Notes under the pieces: model-generated
Databases searched by the model: none
What the model was told of the DNA's origin: nothing
Seen by the model: only the letters and a program-made list of their open reading frames with translations
Position numbers and translations under genes: made by a program
Part shown: positions 38,454 through 46,022 of the stretch, one piece after another
How the letters are laid out: every line of letters starts with the position of its first letter
How positions within the stretch are numbered: position 1 is the stretch's first letter
NCBI GenBank assembly: GCA_016937995.1
Contig: JAFGVM010000088.1
Coordinates: 1-46,022, forward strand
Reading direction: 5' to 3'
From: Candidatus Delongbacteria bacterium
Lineage (GTDB): Bacteria > UBA4055
Length of the DNA stretch: 46,022 nt

Positions 38454-39078
38454 ACCAGTTGTAGTCAGGCATATTCCAGTCTTTGATCACCTTCTTCTGA
38501 TTCTCCTTATACCACTGAAAATCCCTTGCATACTTATTCGCACCTTCAGCTCTTCCCTCTTTGATGATCTCCTTCATTTTTTTAAAACCTGCTATGAGAG
38601 ATTCCGGTCTAGGCATACAACCTGCTACATACACATCAACCGGTAAATACTGATCAAGTCTGTTGATAGTGTTATAACTGTCAAAGTACATACCACCGTT
38701 GATAGTACAGCTTCCAAGTCCCATTACGAATTTCGGGTTCTGCATCTGCTCATAAGACCTTACTATTCTCTTCAAAGTCTTGACCGAAGCATATCCGCTT
38801 ATTATAAATAAACTGGATTGTCTCGGGGTCGGTCTCGGAGCCATTCCAAATCTTGAAATATCATATCGTGCAGTGTATAAAGGTCTCATTTCTATAGCTC
38901 CACAACCTGTACCAAAAGCCAGCACCCACATAGAATTAGCCTGAGCCCAGTTATAGAATTTTTGAACTATTTTATTGTTTATAGGCGCAACTTCCTTTGG
39001 TAAAGCTTCACAGAAAAATTCATTCTGTAATTCCTTTGCTTTATCGTCCGGTTTACTGTCCTGACCTATTGTAATCAT
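38452..39078 (-). CDS. MbxJ/NuoB-like Fe-S subunit
   Basis: GTGCGAIE, TPRQ, YEQMQNPK, GSC..GG, VDVYVAGCMPRPE. Confidence 0.9.
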   Translation of the reverse strand: MITIGQDSKPDDKAKELQNEFFCEALPKEVAPINNKIVQKFYNWAQANSMWVLAFGTGCGAIEMRPLYTARYDISRFGMAPRPTPRQSSLFIISGYASVKTLKRIVRSYEQMQNPKFVMGLGSCTINGGMYFDSYNTINRLDQYLPVDVYVAGCMPRPESLIAGFKKMKEIIKEGRAEGANKYARDFQWYKENQKKVIKDWNMPDYNW

Positions 39079-39098
39079 TATATATCTCCAGTTTTAAT

Positions 39099-39129
39099 TT
39101 AGAAATTAGAAGTTAGAAGTCAGAGGTTT
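39099..39129. repeat. Heptamer tandem repeat (TTAGAAG-type)
   Basis: ttagaaa ttagaag ttagaag tcagagg ttt; same ending as the 36382 block. Confidence 0.65.
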
Positions 39130-39151
39130 GTTTTCTAATTCTCCATTGTTC

Positions 39152-40066
39152 TTAGAATGAATACATTAACACTGCTATTATACCGATTATCGTTGGTATC
39201 TTTAAGAAATATCTTACTGAATTTTCCAGAGTGAACCTTGGATTAACAACACCCATCAACACTGTTGTCATATAAAGTAGGAAAGTCTTTATTACCATCT
39301 CAGGTATACTTGTAGCTCCACCGAAGAACAGGTTCATGAATAATACCAGTTTAGCAGATGCGAAAAATGCTCTGTTCGCCTGCATATATCCAAGAAATGT
39401 TGATTGAAATTCGGTCGGAGGACCGATAGGGATCTCCTGTGGTGCAATATGAAGATCGAACGGAGAGTGCATCATCATACCTAAGAATGCTAACATCCCC
39501 GCTATAGTAGCGACCGGATTCGTTATCATTGTCCAGTTCATAAATCCACCTTGCTGGGCAGCAACTATCTCAGTAATTGAAAGTGTCTGATATTGAGCAG
39601 CAAGTGCTATGATAGCCAATGCAAATGGAACTTCAGATACTGTTACCTGTGCCAGTCCTCTCATAATACCCATTGGTGAGTATGGATGTCCACTTTCCGC
39701 AGCTCCGAGAGCCATACCCAGCTGTCCGAAGAATATGAAGTAAACAACTAACAGCAGGTCACCCGAGAAACTGAAATTCTGTAGCCATACAGATCCGAAT
39801 ACTGCAGGAATAAATAAGTATAAGCCAACACCACCTACAAGTCTGAAGACTGGGCCTAAGTAGAACATGATACCATGAGATATTGCCGTTCTCATTGAAA
39901 ATACTTTAACCAGGTTGATATAAGGCTGCCATACAGGTGGTCCGAATCTACCGTGAGCTCTTGCAACTATTTTCATCACTAGACCTCTTAAAACCATCCC
40001 GTAGTTGAAGATGAGTAGTAGTGACAGAATTGCGTAAATTATTCTTTGTATAGTAAAATTTTCCAT
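39152..40066 (-). CDS. MbxM/NuoH-like membrane subunit
   Basis: R.GPP.WQP, G.MR...Q..SE, PFD..A..EI..GP.TE. Confidence 0.88.
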   Translation of the reverse strand: MENFTIQRIIYAILSLLLIFNYGMVLRGLVMKIVARAHGRFGPPVWQPYINLVKVFSMRTAISHGIMFYLGPVFRLVGGVGLYLFIPAVFGSVWLQNFSFSGDLLLVVYFIFFGQLGMALGAAESGHPYSPMGIMRGLAQVTVSEVPFALAIIALAAQYQTLSITEIVAAQQGGFMNWTMITNPVATIAGMLAFLGMMMHSPFDLHIAPQEIPIGPPTEFQSTFLGYMQANRAFFASAKLVLFMNLFFGGATSIPEMVIKTFLLYMTTVLMGVVNPRFTLENSVRYFLKIPTIIGIIAVLMYSF

Positions 40067-43000
40067 TATTTAACTCCTACAGTAATAAAGAACAATATCA
40101 GTCCATACATCAATATCCAGAATGCATAAGTTTGACCATTACCGGTATAGATCTTTCTTAAAGAATCTCCAATCGTATGTGCTGAATTTGACACATTCTT
40201 CCAGAAAGTTTTCACTCTCGGGTTCACTAAGAAACCTAAAGCTCTGTAGTATGGTTTATAAAATTGATACGCAAAGTGTGTTAACTCCGGTGTTTCGGGT
40301 CTTTCTCCTGCAAATACTATATTGAATTGTTTTACTTTCTGAACTTTTGGAGCTTTTATCAATAGCAAAACTGTAAGACCAATGAAGAGTACCATTACGA
40401 TATTCATTACTACAAATCCGTTCCAGTATCCAAGAGAACTAAACGCAGTATCACCTACCCATGATAAGCTTTCTCCAAAAATTGGTTTTACCGCAAAAGT
40501 TATCATGTCGAGTAACAATTTCGGTTTCATTGAGAATGCCATTATAATTATTATGAATATATACTGAGGTATTATGAACCATACAGGTGCTTCTTTAACG
40601 TCTTTGAACTCAGTCTTTGCCTGTCCAAGGAAAATGGTGTGTATCAATCTGAAACAGTAAAGGAAAGCAACTGTCGATGCAAAGAAAGCAACACCTGTCT
40701 GAAGATACCAGCCTTTTTCTATCAATGCTTCATAAAGTAACCATTTTGCTCCGAAACCGGTCAATGGTGGGACTCCGGATATTGCTATGATTCCGAACAT
40801 CACTGCTGTGTAAGATAATGGCATTTTTTTGATAAGACCACCCATCTTATACATTTTTGAAGTACCTGTTCTGTAAATAACACCTGCTATTGCTAAGAAA
40901 AGAATTCCTTTTATAAGCATGTGATTTACAACCTGATACATTCCAGCCGTCCATCCAAGTCCTGACATAGTTGCCATTGCAAGAATTATATATCCAACCT
41001 GCCCCATACTGGAATAAGCTAAAAGCTTTTTAGCATCCTCCTGGAATATTGCTATCATTGTACCACTTATTGCAGTAATAGCACCTATCCATCCAAGAAC
41101 ATAAGCAATATCTATCTTACCTATCTTTGGAATTCCCATAATAAGGATCAATATCACAAAACCAAATATTCCTGCTTTTGACAATATTGAGGACAAAAAT
41201 GCAGTTGTATCATCCTCTGCTTTTTTATAAGCACTCCCGATCCATGTATGTAATCCTATACCAGCTATTTTCACTAGAAACCCAATCGATATTAAGATAA
41301 AAACAATACTTTTATTTTCTTCAATTGCTCCGAGCAAAGAAATCGGTAAGACTATTTTATGATGCATTTCAGAAAAAGCATAACCGAATCCTATCAATAT
41401 TAGGAATGCTCCGCCAAGAGAGAAAATTACATATCTTAAAGCTGCTTTCTGAGCTTTTTTTCCTCTCATAATAAGGAAATACGATGATACAGTCATAATT
41501 TCCCATGCAAAGAAGAATTGCAGTGTGTTCTTTGCTTCAACCATTGCAACAAGCGAACCTATCATAAGCATAAGTAACGGAAAGAAACCAACTCTTTTTC
41601 CTTTGCTATGCATTGTTGCTATAATTAAGAAAAATGACCCTCCAAGGAATATAGTATTGAAAAACAAATTAAACCCCGCCTGATCTGGCAAGAAATAATA
41701 AGCATAAACTGCTATACCTGACATACTTATGAATCCTTTGATCTTAGCAGGTAAGAATGGAAGATAAAACAATGCCAGACCAACTGTGAAAGGAAGGTAA
41801 TAAATTGGAGCTATTGCTTCATTTGTCCATGAATAATAAACAGCTATGGTCAATAAAAGTGAAGTAACAAGAAATACTGCCAGATTCTTAGAAACTGTCA
41901 TATCAAATTTAACTTCTTCAGTGTCTTCACCTTTAAGTGCATATCCTAACCATCTGAGCATATATACTGCTTCTATCAGGGAACCGGCAAGTAAGAACCA
42001 TATCCATGTAAAATTCTTGGTAGCACCCCAAAAAAGTACTAAATTCCATTTTCCCCAGAATCCAGGAAAAGGAGGTAGACCAATCAGAGCCAATACAAGA
42101 ATTATAAAAGGTATAAGAATGATCTTATTATTCTTGATCATACCCCAATTTTTATATTTTTCACTCTTTACTATACCTGCGATCCAGAACAATCCGGCTT
42201 TTGCAAAGAAATGATTTATAAATAACGGTATAAGTACGAGCATAAATATCTCATCTGCTGCACCGGTTCGATATCCCCAGGCACCTACTGAAAGAATTAA
42301 TCCCATCTGAGCAACTGAAGAATATCCTAATATCCTTCTTGGATTTTTTTGCTTAAGACCCATCAGATTTGAAACAAAGAATGTTAACATTCCGATCACT
42401 GCTGTCATTGACAACAGATCTTTATTCATCATCGGGAAAGTTTTATATATAGCAAAGAAGACACCTCCGGTACCGATGGCAGCTACAAGACCAGTAAGTC
42501 CTGGAGCAACACCTTCATAAGCATCAATTGCCCATCCGTTTGAAGGAAATTGTTTCATCTCTATTATCAATGAAAATAATACTAAGAAAAGACCGATCGT
42601 TAGTATCTTTATATTTGCAACTGCAGGAATAATTTTGACCATTTCGTCAATATTTAATGTCCCTGTCACTGAATAAAGCATTATAATCCCAAGCAGCAGG
42701 AAAACTGAAGCTATACCACCAGCTATCATATATTTAAAACCTGCGGATAAAGATTTTAATTTCAGATCCATACCTATCAGTGAATAAGTTGCGATTGAAG
42801 TAATTTCAAGGAAAACAAATAAATTAAAAATATCTCTGGTCATTACTAAACCGTTCAGTCCAAGCACCATTAACAAAAACAGTACGAACGAACGGGTTCC
42901 TGTTTCGGCCATTTGCCTGAACATATATATCGCACCGAAAAGTGCCATAAAATTTATACTGCCTGTAAAAATTGCTTCAAACATTCCCATTTGAAGATTA

Positions 43001-43215
43001 ATTGAAATTGGAGGTTTAAAACCTGCAGTAAATATCATTACTGATACTTGATCACCGATCAAAAAACCAGTCAACCATTGATAACTTATTGCACACACCG
43101 AAATCAAAGCTGCAAAGAATATTGCTCCGGTCAGTTTTGTTCCACCTTTGCTGAAAGAAGGCAATAGAAAACCTACTCCGAGTAAAATTGCTACTATATA
43201 TATTGGATTTACCAT
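40066..43215 (-). CDS. Double MrpD/MbxH-like antiporter-module protein
   Basis: Two proton-antiporter domains: FVFLEI..YSSVAQMG..GLPPFPGFWGKW and FAWEIM..YSSMGQVG..GVPPLTGFGAKW. Confidence 0.88.
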   Translation of the reverse strand: MVNPIYIVAILLGVGFLLPSFSKGGTKLTGAIFFAALISVCAISYQWLTGFLIGDQVSVMIFTAGFKPPISINLQMGMFEAIFTGSINFMALFGAIYMFRQMAETGTRSFVLFLLMVLGLNGLVMTRDIFNLFVFLEITSIATYSLIGMDLKLKSLSAGFKYMIAGGIASVFLLLGIIMLYSVTGTLNIDEMVKIIPAVANIKILTIGLFLVLFSLIIEMKQFPSNGWAIDAYEGVAPGLTGLVAAIGTGGVFFAIYKTFPMMNKDLLSMTAVIGMLTFFVSNLMGLKQKNPRRILGYSSVAQMGLILSVGAWGYRTGAADEIFMLVLIPLFINHFFAKAGLFWIAGIVKSEKYKNWGMIKNNKIILIPFIILVLALIGLPPFPGFWGKWNLVLFWGATKNFTWIWFLLAGSLIEAVYMLRWLGYALKGEDTEEVKFDMTVSKNLAVFLVTSLLLTIAVYYSWTNEAIAPIYYLPFTVGLALFYLPFLPAKIKGFISMSGIAVYAYYFLPDQAGFNLFFNTIFLGGSFFLIIATMHSKGKRVGFFPLLMLMIGSLVAMVEAKNTLQFFFAWEIMTVSSYFLIMRGKKAQKAALRYVIFSLGGAFLILIGFGYAFSEMHHKIVLPISLLGAIEENKSIVFILISIGFLVKIAGIGLHTWIGSAYKKAEDDTTAFLSSILSKAGIFGFVILILIMGIPKIGKIDIAYVLGWIGAITAISGTMIAIFQEDAKKLLAYSSMGQVGYIILAMATMSGLGWTAGMYQVVNHMLIKGILFLAIAGVIYRTGTSKMYKMGGLIKKMPLSYTAVMFGIIAISGVPPLTGFGAKWLLYEALIEKGWYLQTGVAFFASTVAFLYCFRLIHTIFLGQAKTEFKDVKEAPVWFIIPQYIFIIIIMAFSMKPKLLLDMITFAVKPIFGESLSWVGDTAFSSLGYWNGFVVMNIVMVLFIGLTVLLLIKAPKVQKVKQFNIVFAGERPETPELTHFAYQFYKPYYRALGFLVNPRVKTFWKNVSNSAHTIGDSLRKIYTGNGQTYAFWILMYGLILFFITVGVK

Positions 43216-43250
43216 TTTAATTCCTTGTAATCGTTAATTGGATTTACCAT
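43209..43250 (-). other. 13-codon chimeric mini-ORF from a 35-nt junction duplication
   Basis: MVNPINDYKELKW*, overlapping the mnhC end and the mnhD start. Confidence 0.7.
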
Positions 43251-43606
43251 TTTAGTTCCTTGTAATCATTAATTGACAATGATCTCTTCTGTTGATATAA
43301 TCTTATTACAAAGGTCAGCATCAATGCATTCACTGCCACTCCGATAACGATCGCAGTTAATACTAATGCCTGGGGTACCGGATCAACTATTAAAGAAGAT
43401 ACTTTACTAAGCTCTACTGCTGAATCCAGGATCGGAGCTGTTCTGCCTTCAATAAATCCGAAAGATACCATAACAAGCTGAACACCGGTCTCCACTATTG
43501 CTAAACCAAGAATTATTTTGATCATATTCTTCTGTGTCAACATACCCCAGAATCCTATAATTATAAGGGCAAATCCTATTATATGAACTATCGTGGTTAT
43601 ATTCAT
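43244..43606 (-). CDS. mnhC: MnhC/MbxG subunit
   Basis: DPVPQALVLTAIVIG. Confidence 0.92.
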   Translation of the reverse strand: MNITTIVHIIGFALIIIGFWGMLTQKNMIKIILGLAIVETGVQLVMVSFGFIEGRTAPILDSAVELSKVSSLIVDPVPQALVLTAIVIGVAVNALMLTFVIRLYQQKRSLSINDYKELKW

Positions 43607-44307
43607 TCTAAGTCTCCCTTCATATTGTCTAATATACTCGCTAATTCAGTGCCTACTTTCAATCCAATCAATGTATAAATAACAGGTATTGCTCCTGCAC
43701 TTAAAATACTGCCAAAAGTACCAAGAGATAATATTCTGTTATCCAGAAAATTATCTGCTCCGATCATAACGAGACCTAATATCCCGATAAGAACATAAGC
43801 AAATCCTGATAATGATTCTAACCAGCCGAATACATTATGATTGATCTTATAAGATGTGTCTGCAAGAAATAGAAGCATTATTGCAGAAGCTATTACTGCA
43901 CCACCCTGAAAACCTCCACCGGGAGTTAAATGTCCATTTAAAAATATATATATTCCAAAAATAATTATCATTGGAGCAAGCAGTGTAGATCCTGTAAGTA
44001 AAATTTCACTGGATTCTCTTTTCTTTTTACCCGGATCAATTTTCTTCTTCTTTCTTCTTAACAGAACGGCAATTCCTGTAGCTGCTATGAATAATACTGC
44101 AACCTCACCAAGTGTATCTAATCCTCTATATGTTACTATTATAGCCGTTACAATATTCTGAGCTCCAAGTTCCTGATTCCCGCTTCTTTCGGCATATTCT
44201 TTTCCTACTCCTTTTAAAGCAGTAGCTTCTTCAATATTGTTCACTATAATAAAAAATACAAAAACAAACCCCAGTAATAATATAGCTGAGAAAATTCTTT
44301 TAATCAT
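43603..44307 (-). CDS. mnhB: MnhB/MbxE-F subunit
   Basis: NIVTAI..YRGLDTLGE, GHLTPGGGFQGG; start taken at MIKR. Confidence 0.9.
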   Translation of the reverse strand: MIKRIFSAILLLGFVFVFFIIVNNIEEATALKGVGKEYAERSGNQELGAQNIVTAIIVTYRGLDTLGEVAVLFIAATGIAVLLRRKKKKIDPGKKKRESSEILLTGSTLLAPMIIIFGIYIFLNGHLTPGGGFQGGAVIASAIMLLFLADTSYKINHNVFGWLESLSGFAYVLIGILGLVMIGADNFLDNRILSLGTFGSILSAGAIPVIYTLIGLKVGTELASILDNMKGDLE

Positions 44308-44557
44308 TTTCTTCCTCCACATCTTTTGTTTTGTGAAGTGCATATAAAAATACCAAAGTAGATAATCCTGCACCTATAGCAGCTTCTGTCATTGCAACAT
44401 CAGGTGCCTGCATCAGTAGATACAATATACTTGCGAATAAACTGACTACTCCTACTGCGATGATCGAAGATATCAGATCCTTCACATGCATTGCTAATAC
44501 AGCCGCAATGATCATTGCTAAACCCATCAGTATGAAAATGCCCTGTTGTAATTCCAT
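44300..44557 (-). CDS. MbxD/DUF4040-like subunit
   Basis: APDVAMTEAAIG. Confidence 0.9.
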   Translation of the reverse strand: MELQQGIFILMGLAMIIAAVLAMHVKDLISSIIAVGVVSLFASILYLLMQAPDVAMTEAAIGAGLSTLVFLYALHKTKDVEEEND

Positions 44558-44598
44558 TAGTCTACCTCCAGTATGAAGATACCTTGTGCTAATTCCAT
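44557..44598 (-). other. 13-codon chimeric mini-ORF from a 41-nt junction duplication
   Basis: MELAQGIFILEVD*, with TAATG overlaps at both ends. Confidence 0.7.
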
Positions 44599-44978
44599 TA
44601 GTCTACCTCCACTTCAGTATTCTCATTTAGCTTGTCAGTCACCACTACGTCGATATTTTCTTTCTCTTTCAGCTTATCAGTTACAGAACCTTTCGTTAGA
44701 GGAATTCCTTTGAAGTGTGCTGCTCTTGCTAAAGCATGACTTGAAATAGGATTTGTTAAAGCTATGAACATTATTATTACCAGTATCTGACCGATCCATT
44801 CATAGTGACAGATGCCTATTCCTAATAATGTTAAAATTGTTCCTAAAGTCGTTGCTTTTGTTCCTGCCTGCATTCTGTTATAAAGATCCGGCATTCTAAA
44901 TACTCCCAAAGCTCCAAGAAATAAGAATATTGAACCGATTAATGTTATTATTGATCCTAAAATTCTGTACCATTCCAT
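44598..44978 (-). CDS. mnhG: MnhG/MbxC subunit
   Basis: RMPDLYNRMQA.TKATTLG, TNPISSHALARA. Confidence 0.92.
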   Translation of the reverse strand: MEWYRILGSIITLIGSIFLFLGALGVFRMPDLYNRMQAGTKATTLGTILTLLGIGICHYEWIGQILVIIMFIALTNPISSHALARAAHFKGIPLTKGSVTDKLKEKENIDVVVTDKLNENTEVEVD

Positions 44979-44979
44979 T

Positions 44980-45249
44980 TTACAGCCCTCCTTCTAAATG
45001 ACGGGCTACTGCAACTACACCAATGAAACTCAAGATCGCATAGACCATTCCTACATCCAAAAATATTATTCTGGATGACATACAGGCAATTAGTACTATA
45101 AGTGATATAGAAATGACAGTAAATGTATCTAACGCAACAACTCTGTCAGCCATACTTGGACCTTTTATAAGTCGTAATGTTGCCAATATTATCCCTGCCG
45201 ATACAAAATAGGTGGATACTTGGAACAATATCTCAGGTAAATTAGTCAA
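44980..45249 (-). CDS. mnhF: MnhF/MbxB subunit
   Basis: TTG start; GPSMADRVVALD. Confidence 0.92.
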   Translation of the reverse strand: MTNLPEILFQVSTYFVSAGIILATLRLIKGPSMADRVVALDTFTVISISLIVLIACMSSRIIFLDVGMVYAILSFIGVVAVARHLEGGL

Positions 45250-45730
45250 AGATCACCTCCAAATATTTTTCAAAACTTGCTACGATTTTCTCTGTTGCAG
45301 CCTTTTCATCTTTATTCGTTACATCTATCCAGTGTATATATAATGTATCTCCGTCTATATCCACTGTTAAAGTGCCGGGAGTCAATGTTATTGAATTTGC
45401 CAATACCATTCTACCCATTGCTGTTTTCAATTTTGTTTTCACTGTAACAATTCCGGGATTTATACGGATAACAGGTTTTATTACTCTTAAGGCTACATCC
45501 AAATTGGCTTTAATGATCTCAATGAATAAATAAAATATATACCAGATGGAATAAATTATTTTTTTAGGGTTAAGTATTGGTGATCTGAGATAATTTCTAA
45601 AAACAACACTTACAATTAATGAGAAACCAAACATAATCATAATATTATTCAGATCTTTTGTCCCTGTCCAAATAAAATAAAACAGTGTGAAGGCGATCGT
45701 TGAAAACAGTATTTTTAAAGTTTTATCCAT
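45242..45730 (-). CDS. mnhE: MnhE/MbxA subunit
   Basis: KANLDVA, LANSITLTPGTLTVD. Confidence 0.92.
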   Translation of the reverse strand: MDKTLKILFSTIAFTLFYFIWTGTKDLNNIMIMFGFSLIVSVVFRNYLRSPILNPKKIIYSIWYIFYLFIEIIKANLDVALRVIKPVIRINPGIVTVKTKLKTAMGRMVLANSITLTPGTLTVDIDGDTLYIHWIDVTNKDEKAATEKIVASFEKYLEVIFD

Positions 45731-45767
45731 ATATATCCTCTTATCGTTATTATTTTCATTTTCTATT

Positions 45768-45896
45768 TGTCATCCTGATCCCGATCAATCGGGACAGGAT
45801 CTATCTTTTAATTCGCTTTTACTCTCTGTCATGCTGAACTTGTTTCAGTATCTATCTTTTAATTCACTTTAGACCCTGAAATAAATTCAGGGTGAC
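45768..45896. repeat. Cluster of three GTCA-type REP-like palindromes
   Basis: TGTCATCCTG..CAGGATCT (45768-45802), TGTCATGCTGAA..TTCAGTATCT (45827-45853), inverted AGACCCTGAA..TTCAGGGTGAC (45871-45896). Confidence 0.75.
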
Positions 45897-45897
45897 G

Positions 45898-46022
45898 CAC
45901 TTATCACTTATCACTTACCACTTATCACTTACCACTTATCACTTACCACTTATCACTTACCACTTATCACTTATCACTTATCACTTATCACTTATCACTT
46001 ATCACTTATCACTTATCACTTA
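45898..46022. repeat. Heptamer tandem array (CACTTAY)n, about 18 units, runs off the window
   Basis: Directly visible CACTTAT/CACTTAC repeats. Confidence 0.97.

Noticed and set aside
45898-46022. CRISPR array or telomere
   Set aside because: A simple 7-mer tandem repeat without spacers in a bacterial context
1-46022. Apparent GATC over-representation
   Set aside because: Visual impression only; needs an observed/expected k-mer count that could not be run

Overview
AT-rich bacterial window from a diderm anaerobe. The taxon is not determinable from sequence alone; an FCB-group affinity is only a guess. No rRNA, tRNA, CRISPR array or transposase was seen. Main blocks: (1) a B12/radical SAM gene, a PAS protein, a BlaI/BlaR1(M56) pair with twin operators, PrsW and Ogg; (2) a PerR-led oxidative-stress operon with rubredoxin, flavodiiron protein, ferritin, a probable selenocysteine BCP peroxiredoxin missed by the ORF track, superoxide reductase, a small wHTH protein, rubrerythrins, a DHODH-like protein and a flavin reductase; (3) an nqrBCDEF operon lacking nqrA/rnfC, headed by an HMA-domain gene; (4) a four-gene chaperone-usher pilus locus; (5) accessory genes including a type II toxin-antitoxin pair and an ORF6N protein; (6) a 12-gene Mbx/MBS-type complex ending in a NuoI-GltD fusion. 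The most unusual signals are two 13-codon chimeric mini-ORFs made by diverged gene-junction duplications that bracket a three-gene block of the mbx operon, the UGA+SECIS peroxiredoxin, the NqrA-less Nqr, a probable internal start releasing a lipoprotein from the BlaR1-like gene, and several repeat families at operon junctions.
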